Source of the DNA: Felis catus
Lineage: Eukaryota
NCBI RefSeq assembly: GCF_018350175.1
Contig: NC_058376.1
Span: 137,950,001 to 138,014,000, forward strand
DNA: 64,000 nt
Direction of reading: 5' to 3'
In this document: piece after piece, positions 51,984 to 63,120 of the stretch
How the letters are laid out: each line of letters starts with the position of its first letter
Position numbering within the stretch: position 1 is the first letter of the stretch
Translations under genes and position numbers: made by a program
The notes under the pieces: generated by a model
What the model was told of the DNA's origin: nothing
Seen by the model: only the letters and a program-made list of their open reading frames with translations
Database searches by the model: none

Positions 51984-52599
51984 AGAATATTAGCCCAAGC
52001 TAACTGAAAACAAAATAGTTACTCCTCTTTATTTGCCCACCTTTATGTCTTTTGGCCCTCTATGTGACCTTACTCTCTTCCATGCACCTCCTGGAAGACC
52101 TCAATATTTACTGAGAGTCTGGTACTTGCAGGTGAATCATGTCAGTTTACCCATTTAATCTTTATGCCAATAGGAAACACAGCCATGGAAGGGGAGCACA
52201 GGGCTAGGTTTATAGTCAGTCCCCAGTAACACATCCCCCCAAAGCTACACAGTTTCAACAACACGTTGAAGGTTCATTATTGCTAAACCACTGATCAGTG
52301 TATGAAGAAAATACATTAAAGAAAAGGAAAAGGGGCAACTCTGAGACTGAGAAAACTGTTAAGGAATATAGGCATTTTTAAATGATCAGCTCTCATTTTA
52401 AACAACATCCCAAGTAATGGAAGCCACTTCTCAGCATCAATCTCCAGCATTTTAACAGTCAGCTATCCCTCAAACCTAAGAGAAATTTAGTCATTCTCAT
52501 TTTACAGAACAGGACATGGAGGCTCCAAAGGATTTAGCTTCTTGCCCATGATTGCAGACATGCTCCAGTTTTCTGATGATGCATAAATCTTTCCATTCT

Positions 52600-52980
52600 G
52601 CCATCATGTCAAGTCTGCTGGCAATTCAGCACTGCCTTCTCCCCTCTGTGCTCCCTCTTACAGCACAAGGACTGGAAACCTGAAGGTTACATTCCCACAG
52701 GTGTCTGCCAGCAGTATTCAGGCATGGATCTCACTAAAGAGAGGCGTTTCATGGCATCTGGATGAAAGTAACTGGGATTACTGGGCATCTTGTATTTCTG
52801 CAACTTCCTGATTCCATGAAAGGAAGCAGAGAAATTGAGAGCCAACAACAGCCTTCCCTGACCTTTGTTTTACTGCCCACCACCTACAAAGGCTTTGTTA
52901 TCATCTAAATCCTTCTATTAAGTCCCTTCCTGTTTGCATGCCTAGAATAGTTTCTATTTTTCTCACCAAACCCTCACTAC
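52600..52980 (+). mobile_element. Old ERVL LTR fragment (LTR33/LTR16-like)
   Basis: 3' part attaagtcccttcctgtttgcatgcctagaatagtttctatttttctcaccaaaccctcact resembles ERVL LTR ends. Confidence 0.45.
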
Positions 52981-53163
52981 GCCAACCACACAGTCTTCCT
53001 TCCACTCCTGTTCCCATCCTGCCCTTGCACTCTATACACTTAGACAAATATTTACTTGCTTAACATCCTTTATACATTGAATTATTTCATGGCAGAGGTC
53101 ATAACATAATTTTTGTTATCCCTATTCCCGCCACATAATAGATGCTTAATAAATAGCAGTTGA

Positions 53164-53398
53164 GGGGCGCCTGGGTGGCGCAGTCGGTTAAGCGTCCGAC
53201 TTCAGCCAGGTCACGATCTCGCGGTCCGTGAGTTCGAGCCCCGCGTCGGGCTCTGGGCTGATGGCTCAGAGCCTGGAGCCTGTTTCCGATTCTGTGTCTC
53301 CCTCTCTCTCTGCCCCTCCCCCGTTCATGCTCTGTCTCTCTCTGTCCCCCAAAAAATAAATAAACGTTGAAAAAAAATTTTTTTAAAAAAACAAAAAA
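53164..53398 (+). mobile_element. Young SINEC (cat SINEC_Fc type)
   Basis: CpGs intact; diagnostic gcgcagtcgg, cttcagccagg, gggctgatgg, tttccgattc; perfect TSD aaatagcagttga. Confidence 0.95.
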
Positions 53399-54779
53399 AA
53401 ATAGCAGTTGATAGAATGAACCAAGCTCATACCACTTTCTAATATTTCTTTTCCTAAACATCACCTACCTACTTCTGGGATTGGTTCCTTTCAAGAAATG
53501 CTGATGCAGAATACTATCATTGGGATCAGAATGGTCCTAAGCACTGAGACTCCAACGTCTTAAGGGACTGAGGGGCAGTACAGGGGGTACATGAGGAAAA
53601 TTCAAGGAAAGCTTTCTCTTGTCTCAAAGCTACTGGAACATCCATGATAAAACATCCATGATAAAACAGGTCAAGAGAACAGTTTCTGTTGCTATTCTTC
53701 AAAAGTTGGCTCTGAGTAGACCAAGGGATCCTAATGGTTTTATTGAATGGCCTCTTCTATATCCATATCTAAGATCAAATTCTACACCTGTTTTCCTTTC
53801 CTTTTTAACTGTGCATAGTTTTACAGATGTTTCATTATTCTTCTCGGCTAATGTCCAAACCCAGTGGCTTATGCTCTTGTGAAGGATGATAATCAGAGAT
53901 ATCCATTTATGCTTTCCTGATTTTATTTCACAAATTTTTTTCTTTCCCCATTCTGCCCCACCCTACTCCCAATAGACAGATAATTCCATACACATATCCT
54001 AAATAGAGGAATATAACAGGCAGTCAGTCTGTGATTCTTAGGAACTTGTTTTGAGAAGGTCAGATGTGGGAAGGTTGTTGGGTGGCAGATGGTTCATCAT
54101 TTTCTTGGCAAAGAGATAAGAGTAATTTGGCACATTTAGGCAGAAGGGACCACCAACAGCCATGCAAAGTTTGTGTGTCCAAAGTTGGAAGGTGGGGGCC
54201 TAAACAGCCATGCTAACCAGGTGCTGACCATCTATAAATGCCTATGTGGATAAAGAGCTTAGTGAACAGAGGTAGTTTCCCACCAAGGGCTGGATGGATA
54301 TCCTGTTACATTCCAGAACCACAGCACACCCTGAAACAGAATTAAATTGCATTTCCCTTCATTATAAAATGGGCTTTTGATTCAGGAATAAAATCAATTT
54401 ACTGCATAAAAAAATTATGCTTCATACACCCTGAATTCATGGACTGAGATTCATACCTGCTACAAAATCAAGAAGTCAGGCTATTAGTTATAGAAGTGCT
54501 CTATACTAACTCTGAGTCCAAAGCCACCTGATTATGGGCTTTGCAACCATTCTCCTCAGTATGAAGCAAGGAGTGGCTTAATCCTTGCTTGGCTGCTGCT
54601 TGACTAGCACTGAAAGGAAATAACTTAAGGTGTGCAGCAACAGAGGGTCCCCTTAAATGGAGCAAATACAAACATAAGTCAAAATTCATCATAGAGGAAA
54701 AAGAATCAAGCCAAACTTTTGCAATCAGTCAATGAACTGCCACATTCAAACCAACAAGAGTTTACAGGCTATGTATGAA

Positions 54780-55020
54780 CATACTACGTATCACTCAAAT
54801 AGTGCTTGCTGTGGGTCGAGTGGTGTTCTCCATTATTTAACCCACACAAGCATTACCACATGCCTAAGAAGTAGGTTAATTTTTAATCCTATTTTACAGA
54901 TGAAGATATTGAGATATATGGGGTTGTGTCACTTACCCAAGGTTGTATTGATGGTTAAGTAGCAACTTTGAGATTTGAATGCAGTCAGTCTAGTTGCAGG
55001 GTCCAGTTTGATCATCATAT
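54780..55020 (-). mobile_element. MIR
   Basis: cctattttacagatgaagatattgag...acttacccaagg...gatttgaatgcagtcagtct. Confidence 0.75.
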
Positions 55021-56587
55021 AATGCCTCCTTTGCCACAAAAACTCAAATATTTGAATGAAATAATCCCCAAAGGAAGAGAGTAGTAGGTCCACTCTCTTT
55101 AAAGAGGAGGAAGTAGTCAAGAGGATAAAGAGACTGCTCAGTGTCTAATAGCTGAGCATATCACTCATATTTTTTTATGACAAACAATACTTACATCCAT
55201 CAAATTAATCATTTTGCTTTTAATGTTTCTCAACTGGCAAATCGCAAGTTTAAAGCCCAGTTTTTTACAGCCTTCCAGGAACTTCGCCTCAACTGCTCTA
55301 AAGCTGACATGAGACCGAACTGACAGGATGCCAAGTGGTCTCAGAGGCCAGGTAAAGCACCTTGATGGATCATCTCCGGGTATCTGGGAAGCAAGACTAT
55401 GCCAGGAAGCCACTTAACAGAGGAGCAGAGAAAGGGAACCCAGGGGACTTCTGTGTGGTCACTTAAAAAACCAGAGAATTTGATGCTGAGCAATTTTTTT
55501 CTCTAGTATTCTTAAAACGCCTTGGATTAGAAACCTCTACTTTGGAAACATGATCTTTATGCAGTTCCGTTTATGCTCCATCAATTTCAAAGTAAGATTT
55601 CCATGGAAAATCCCTCACCCCTAAAAGAACAAAGTGATCATGCTGATTGTCCCCTGCCCTTTAGCAAGGACTAGCATACAACTATACCTTCTCACTGGCA
55701 TGACCAAAGTCCCCCCGATGAAGTATTATTAAAGAAAACAAGACCCACTTGTGTCTCTTGAAAGAGAATCATCTAATTGTGGGAAAGTTTTTAAAATTTC
55801 ATCATGGGAACAAGATGTTACAACAAGAAATCTGTATTATTTAGGTCACTGGGCATTCAGTGACCTCCCATCTTAATCCTCTTTGCTTTGGTTGTGTTGA
55901 CACATCCCGTCATTGTCATTGATAAGCTCAAACCTGCATTATGACAAACTGCTGAAATCTGAATCAGATGACATTAGGGGGAAAAAAAAGTCACTTTCTG
56001 GTTTCTAACCTTTTCAACCCTTATTTCTATTTTCATCATCACAATACTCTCTCACGGCTTGTACAAAAAGAGATGATGATGAATATGAGAAATCTGTCAA
56101 CTTATAAAGACATGCTAAGAGTGAAAATAGAAGCAAGTAAGTCATTGAGTTTGTTGAGAAGGCCACTGGCAAAGTCCAAAACATAAAGCAATTTAAGAAA
56201 GACTTAACTGAGCAACTGTGACAAGGCAGGAAGGAAAAAGCACACACACAAAAACCAAAAAACTCCCACTACCAGAACACTGAGTTGTTTTAAGGAGGAA
56301 AAAAGTGCTCTTCAAATGGAATGTATCATTATTGTGATTATCAGGGTCCTCTTTATTAAATCAGAAAAGTGGCAACAGATTTGAAAATTAAAGTGCAGGA
56401 TCCAGATAGAAGGAATATGTTTATGTTTTTAGACATCTACTTGAATTATAATGTTCTCTATAACAAATTCATTAGGTTTTCATTTAGATAAACGCCAACA
56501 AAATAATGGAATTGTCAGTGTTACCCAGAAAGACACTAAAGGGGAGACATGAACTCAAGACCAATGCAATCAGATTAAACCTCTTTT

Positions 56588-56806
56588 TTTTTTTATATTT
56601 TTTTAAACATTTATTCATCTTTGAGAGACAGAGAGTGCATGAGTGGGGGAGGAGCAGAGAGAGAGAGGGAGACACAGAATCTGAAGCAGGCTCCAGGCTC
56701 TGAGCAGTCAGCACAGAGCCCGATGAGGGACCCGAACTCACCGGCTGCGAGATCATGACCTGAGCCGAAGTCGGACGCTTAACCGACTGAGCCACCCAGG
56801 CGCCCC
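56588..56806 (-). mobile_element. SINEC (same sense as ZNF385D), about 470 bp downstream of the exon
   Basis: Perfect TSD agattaaacctctttt. Confidence 0.94.
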
Positions 56807-57277
56807 AGATTAAACCTCTTTTAATTTTCCCTTGAAGGAGCCTGGTTCTGGAGACCTTACGTAACCAGGCAGCCAGCTACTTAGTGGCTTTCATATAATT
56901 CACTTTATCTGTTGTTGATACAGTAAGACAAAAGTAGTGACTGACTCACCCCTGGCAAATCAAGACCAGTCTTATGGCTATTGGGTCAACTTCTCCCCTT
57001 TCTGTTCTGCACTGAAGTTACAACCTTGTGGCCAAATGAATTTATTGTTCATAACAAATCCCAAAGGCTCAGCTATAAAAAGGAACCCCATAGCTTCCAA
57101 TATTGTATTGAAACGACACTGCAGCAAACTCTCCTTTGAGAAGTAACACAATAACGTATATGAGCATTCGCTCAAAAAAATAAAATAACCCTCTCAAAAA
57201 AGAAAACCAACGACAACAAAAAACGTACCCCAGGCACTTACCACGGTGTCATATGCAAATTTGACCTTGAGACTTAC

Positions 57278-57417
57278 CGCATTAAAATTGGGGAAGAGGT
57301 TGACCGCAGCAGTGTCCAGAGGAAAGGGAAGAAAGGGTTTGATATCCAGCGAAGGTTGCAGAGGAGGGGCTGGTGGACGGACCAGGGCTGGGAGAGCAGG
57401 GCTCTGGCATGTACCAC
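57278..57417 (-). CDS. ZNF385D: Internal coding exon (140 nt, phase 1 to phase 0) of zinc finger protein 385D; proline-rich N-terminal region before the first matrin-type zinc finger
   Basis: Minus strand reads ctcctctctgcag|GT GGT ACA TGC CAG ... AAT GCG|gtaagt, with a canonical acceptor (AG at 57419-57418) and donor (GT at 57277-57276). The translation matches the recalled ZNF385D N-terminus (MRNIMYFGGTCQSPALPALVRPPAPPLQPSLDIKPF...FPNFNAMDPIQK) and differs from ZNF385B (TTTLPALVRTPTLMMQPSLDIKPFMSF). Confidence 0.93.
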
Positions 57418-57685
57418 CTGCAGAGAGGAGAGCAAAGGGAGCCATCAGGGACATGATGCACGTTAAAAAAAACAACAAAAAACAAAACACGTTGAGGCGT
57501 CCTTTGAGCCCAAAAGGCCGGCTTTGTGGGTTGGTGGAGAAAACAGGCCATGGAGTGTAGTGACCTCAACTGGAAACCGGCCAATGAGCAGATCTGCCAT
57601 TAGGCAGAGGGAGCCAGCCGAGCTTCTCCCTTCCCCTCCTCAGATATATAACTACATGGTTGTGTAGGTAACAGTTACCCTTTCA

Positions 57686-57891
57686 GGGGCGCCTGGGTGG
57701 CACAGTCGGTTAAGCGTCCGACTTCAGCCAGGTCACCATCTCGCGGTCCGCGAGTTCGAGCCCCGCGTCGGGCTCTGCGCTGATGGCTCGGAGCCTGGAG
57801 CCTGTTTCCGATTCTGTGTCTCCCTCTCTCTCTGCCCCTCCCCCGTTCATGCTCTGTCTCTCTCTGTTGCAAAAATAAATAAACGTTGAAA
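57686..57891 (+). mobile_element. Young SINEC_Fc-type copy (antisense to ZNF385D), about 270 bp upstream of the exon
   Basis: Perfect 16-bp TSD aacagttaccctttca (57670-57685 and 57892-57907); CpGs intact. Confidence 0.95.
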
Positions 57892-58818
57892 AACAGTTAC
57901 CCTTTCAAACATTTCATGCTCCCCAATCTATCCTTCCTTTCCTGCCTAAAGCTCTGGGTTGAATCATCAACAAACCCTTCACTGAAATCCCTTGATTCAG
58001 AAGGAACACTCTCCACCACACTGCCCTCTCTCTTTGAAAACTAGCTTCTGCTCAGAATATGCATCGATTCTAAGCGATTATTTTACAGAACTGCTCTTTT
58101 CCAGCATGTCCAAAACTCTGGCAGCAAGATAACATGAACTTGGCATGGAAAAGAAACTTAACCACAAAGACAGGCAGCCATACCTTCCTGCCCTGGCAAC
58201 TGGAAGATTAAAACAAGTGAACCCAGCTACAAACCAAGCAGTCCCTGAACTGCTGAGCACCCCGCAGCTTTGAGCATTCAAGGACTACCTGCCTCCTTCC
58301 CAGTCGTGAGTAGGTGGAATTTAGAAGGCCACCAATGAGCAAGCAGTGGGAATATCATGCCAACAAAGACACCCTTTGCATACTGGTAGGCAACCAGCTG
58401 TTTGCAAAGGAGCACCTTCACCCCTCTCCCCCACTCCCCGTGAGAGGACTCCGTGCACTCAGAAGCTGGAGGGAAANNNNNNNNNNNNNNNNNNNNNNNN
58501 NNNNNNNNNNNNNNNNNNNNNNNNNNNNNNNNNNNNNNNNNNNNNNNNNNNNNNNNNNNNNNNNNNNNNNNNNNNNNNNNNNNNNNNNNNNNNNNNNNNN
58601 NNNNNNNNNNNNNNNNNNNNNNNNNNNNNNNNNNNNNNNNNNNNNNNNCATTAGGAAAACAAAATACAGTGGGAGTTTTCCTTTCTCACGGAAAAGAACT
58701 CTAAGAGACAGATGAGACAAGAGAGGCCCATGTCTGCACCACTTTCTTGCCTGCCATTTTGTTTTCAAAACAAAGTAGAGTGAGACCCATAGGAATAACC
58801 TTTAAAAATCTCACAATC

Positions 58819-59052
58819 GGGGCGCCTGGGTGGCTCAGCCCATTAAGCCCCACCTTCAGCTCAGGTCATGATCGATCTCACAGTTCGTGAGTTCAAGCCC
58901 CACATCGGGCTCTGGGCTGACAGCTCAGAGCCTTGAGCCTGCTTCGGATTCTGTGTCTCCCTCTCTCTCCGCCCCACCCTGCTCATGCTCTGTCTCTCTC
59001 TCTCTGTCTCAAACATAAATAAACTTAAAATAGAAAAAAAAATTTTTTTTTT
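58819..59052 (+). mobile_element. SINEC
   Basis: TSD aatctcacaat. Confidence 0.9.
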
Positions 59053-60379
59053 AATCTCACAATTAACTCTCTGGTCAGCTGGACGCCGAGCATCATTCTG
59101 TCCTCAATCAGTTACTGAACACAAAGTAAACATTCTAAAAATGATTCCCTGATGGCAAATCTAACCCTACTAGACCAGTGGATGACTTAATAACAAGGCG
59201 GGTGACTTAATACCTACAACAGAAGCCATCAGCACAAGATTTAATTAACCATACCGAAAAACCATTTACTCTCCTGTTTCCAGGTATAAAACCAGCTGGA
59301 GCCAAATTAACAAAACCAGTATTTTTTCCCACTCTTTTTCACTTCCCTCTTAAAATATTGCTTAACAACAGCAAGGCCAAACACAGCAAGTTTGAATCAG
59401 CAAACCAATTAAAATAAAAAGTAGTACAAGCCAGAAAATAGAGGGCAGATGTTGAAACAAACACAGATAAAAGCAAAAAAATAACAAGTCCACAGTCACC
59501 AAAGCACAACATAAACTTGTTTTCTTGTCCACCTGTTAGTATTCTGAGTGCAGGTGTCTAAACTTTCTTACAACACCCATAAAACTTTGGTGATAGGTCT
59601 GCCTTGAGTGTAGTATTGCTAAGAATTTCTCTTTCGATAAAAAGTTAAAGAACCAAAATAAATTTTTGGTCAGCACGTCTTCAGAAAACTCAAAGTAAAA
59701 TATGCCTTGGTGGGTATCAGTGACATGGTTTAACAAGTCCACAAATAGTAGTGAGCTTTAATAAATAACTTCATGTGATTTTTATCTGAGTGACACATCA
59801 TGCTTTGCAAAAGGTATTCATCTACATCCATCACCGTGCTTGAGCTTAAAAATATCAGAAATTAGGTAAGGACTAACATAATATCATAGAGGGAAAAAAA
59901 ATAAGTTGGAAAACTCCTTAGCTGTTAATGTAGCTTCCATCAAAACATTCCATTCTTATAATTACTAGAATGCAATTCAGCAGGAACATATTTTGTAATT
60001 ATTTCATTATAAGTCCCCCTCTAGTTCAAGATATCCAAAAATGTTAAAGAGACAGTTGAAGCTTATTTATTTTATCCAGCACAGTCCGAGGCACATAGTT
60101 GGTTGATTGCTTGGTAAAGTTAATTCCTAACTCTCTTCCCCCAAGATGCGTATTTCATTTACACTTAAGAGGAATGATTCAAGACCTTCTCTTAATGCTG
60201 CCACTGGGTTTTCCTTAGTAGGGGATACAAAATATCAAGGAAGAGTCATAACATGTAGGGAACCTAGGCAAACTATTTAAGTCCATCTCTTCCTACCTGT
60301 TTTAATAAACCAAGACAACGGTTGGAAAGCAGAGGACATGTCAGTGCATACTTGTGGCTAGTGGCTATGCAAACGCAGG

Positions 60380-60770
60380 TGTAGTGGATGCTGTGGTGTG
60401 CCTCCACACCCCCTTCCCCAGCTCCTGGGAGAGCTGGGAGCGCTGGGAGCTGAGGACTCACACCTGAGATTCTTTACATGCAACGCCTTGGGCGCGGAGG
60501 GTGCTGCCTCACCCAAGCTCAAACTCCTCCAGAGTGCAAGGACTGATTAAAACAGGCGTCAGGCCTTCTCCCTTTTGCCTCAAGACAAGACAACTCTGAA
60601 GTTCTGCTTTCAGTTCCAGACCTCCTCATACGATCTATGATAGAAGGAGGCCTCTGTTGTGACTGCATCACAGTTCAACTTTTCCCACTGCCCAATCCTG
60701 CATGCCTCATTGCTCACAGAAGATGTTCCCCAATAAAGTCTCAGAGTCCACTTCCAGAAGAACTTGGACA
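60380..60770 (+). mobile_element. Solo ERVL LTR, LTR16-like
   Basis: tgtagtggatgctgtggtgtgcc start, gcctcacccaag, ccaataaagtctcagagtc, ends ...ggaca. Confidence 0.75.
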
Positions 60771-60912
60771 GCAGGGCATAACTATTCATGAGTCTAAGTG
60801 AAATGTTGACTTGCTTTATTCTAAAATAGATTCATGCTTCTAAATCTATAGTGTTGATATTGAGGAACAAAATTGAAGATACCTCTTAAAAATGATCTGT
60901 GACTAACATTTC

Positions 60913-61127
60913 TTTTTTTTGTTTTAATGTTTCTTTATTTTCGAGACAGAGAGAGACAGAGCATGAACGAGGGAGGGTCAGAGAGAGTGGGAGACACAGA
61001 ATCTGAAGCAGGCTCCAGGCTCCGAGCTATCAGCACAGAGCCCAATGCAGGGCTCGAATTCATGGACCTTGAGATCATGACCTGAGCCGAGGTCAGATGC
61101 TTAACCGACTGAGCCACCCAGGCACCC
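60913..61127 (-). mobile_element. SINEC
   Basis: Perfect TSD tgtgactaacatttct. Confidence 0.93.
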
Positions 61128-61463
61128 CTGTGACTAACATTTCTACTTTTAAAATTTGGCTAAGTCCTGAAATATTTCCTTGTACCAATCTGTACAGGCT
61201 CAGCAGCAAGAATATTATTTGCAATATCGCAAAATCAAAATCAGCAAATAAAACGTATTTCATTTGTAAAGCAGATTAAAATATTCTCCTTGAGAAGATA
61301 GCGATTTCATGTCTTCATTTTTTTAATAGAAATTATTGCATTTAGGATACAAATATATGTTTATTATTATTTTCCTTATTATGAAATTGTCTTAACAATA
61401 GTAAGCATTAAAATACCTCATGAATTTGTAGGTATTTCTGTACGTTAAAAAGAGTAGCTTCGT

Positions 61464-61667
61464 GGGGCCCCTGGATGGCCCAGTTGGTTAAGTGTCTGAC
61501 TCTTGGTTTTGGCTCAGGTCATGATTTCAGGGTTCATGGGTTCAAGCCCAATGCTGAAAAAATCCATTTGGGATTTTTCTCTCTCCCTCTCTCTCTCTGC
61601 CCCTCCCTCTCGCTCTTGAGTGTGCTCTCTCCCTCCATCTCAAAATAAATATACTTAAAAAAAAAAA
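61464..61667 (+). mobile_element. SINEC (older)
   Basis: TSD aaaaagagtagctt. Confidence 0.88.
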
Positions 61668-62257
61668 AAGAGTAGCTTTGTTGTTACTGTTTACCAACAG
61701 TGTCACTTCATTCCTTGGAATGTCACACTTCTGGAAATATTGGTACTCTTAATTTGAGGAAAGCATTTTGAAACCTCCATGAGTAGAGACTGAAAAAATG
61801 TTAAGTTCATGCCTTTTGTATTTGAAACTCTGTGTATATATGTCTAGTAACATATATATCAAAGCCTAGGAAATTTTAACATACACAGGCTTAACAAATT
61901 AAACTTAACAAATTATTCTGAATTCAGAGCAGTTAATCTCTCTATATACCAAATTTCTAATATACCATTAAAGTCAAAAAATTAAAAAAAATCATTATCA
62001 AATGTTAGACATTAAGGTATTAAGTAAATAAGATAATCATTAAAGCTGACAAAATTTCCTCTGTGCCTTTTGTATATTTATTTCTGTTAGTTTATATTTA
62101 GAATTTAGAATTGAACTATAGAGCAAACACTAAATATCACTTTGGTCTATTCACAAGACAGTTGTATATTTACAAAAGTACAAACTTGTGAATTTGAAAA
62201 AATACTAAAGTAACCTATTTGTTAATAGAGTATTTTTTAACTGAAAGGTTTGAGTTC

Positions 62258-62897
62258 TTTTATTTTTTTTTTAATTTTTTATTTTTTAAAATTTACACCC
62301 AAATTAGTTAGCATATAGTGCCACAATGATTTCAGGAGTAGATTCCTTAGTGCCCCTTACCCATTTAGCCCATCATCCCTCCCACAACCCCTCCAGTAAC
62401 CCTCAGTTTGTTCTCCATATTTATGAGTCTCTTCTGTTATGCCCCTCCCTGTTTTTATATTATTTTTGTTTCGCTTCCCTTATGTTCCTCTGTTTTGTCT
62501 CTTAAAGTCCTCATATGAGTGAAGTCATATGATATTTGTCTTTCTCTGATTAATTTCACTTAGCATAATACCCTCCAGTTCCATCCACGTAGTTGCAAAT
62601 GGCAAGATTTCATTCTTTTTGATTGCCGAGTCATACTCCATTGTATAAATATACCCCATCTTCTTTATCCATTCATTCATCGATGGACATTTGGGCTCTT
62701 TCCATACTGTGGCTATTGTTGATAGTGCTGCTATAAACATGGGGGTGGGTGCATGTGTCCCTTAGAAACAGCACATTTGTATCCTGTGGATAAATGCCTA
62801 GTAGTGCAATTGCTGGGTCGTAGGGTAGTTCTATTTTTAGTTTTTTGAGGAACCTCCATACTGTTTTCCAGAGTGGCCGCATCAGCTTGCATCCCAA
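62258..62897 (-). mobile_element. 5'-truncated felid L1: frameshifted ORF2 C-terminus, 3' UTR and poly(A)
   Basis: ORF track PLWKTVWRFLKKLKIELPYDPAIALLGIYP and MFIAALSTIATVWKEPKCPSMNEWIKKM...ELEGIMLSEI are L1 ORF2 C-terminal peptides in different frames. Confidence 0.95.
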
Positions 62898-62905
62898 TCA
62901 GAGTA

Positions 62906-63120
62906 TTTTTTTTTTTCAACGTTTATTTATTTTTGGGACAGAGAGAGACAGAGCATGAACGGGGGGAGGGGCAGAGAGAGAGGGAGACACGGAATCGGAA
63001 ACAGGCTCCAGGCTCTGAGCCATCAGCCCAGAGCCTGACGTGGGGCTCGAACTCACGGACCGCGAGATCGTGACCTGGCTGAAGTCGGACACTTAACCGA
63101 CTGCGCCACCCAGGCGCCCC
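62906..63120 (-). mobile_element. Young SINEC_Fc-type copy at the L1 5' junction
   Basis: Diagnostic ggaatcggaaaca, ccatcagccc, actgcgccacc; TSD cagagtattttt. Confidence 0.94.

Larger units (their letters stand above)
1..57277 (-). other. ZNF385D: Intron of ZNF385D downstream of the coding exon; the next exon (MDPIQKAVINHTFG...) is not seen in the window
   Basis: No MDPIQK or zinc-finger coding sequence appears in the ORF track or by reading. Repeat-dense, AT-rich sequence. Confidence 0.8.

Noticed and set aside
53099-53464. Recurring peptides such as GAWVAQSVKRPT and QRETEHERGRG in many ORFs
   Set aside because: SINEC translations, not a gene family.
57194-57490. 98-aa ORF treated as a complete gene
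   Set aside because: Only 57278-57417 matches ZNF385D and is bounded by splice sites; the remainder is read-through into introns.
62525-62919. L1 ORF2-like ORFs as an active element
   Set aside because: Only about 640 bp, 5'-truncated and frameshifted.
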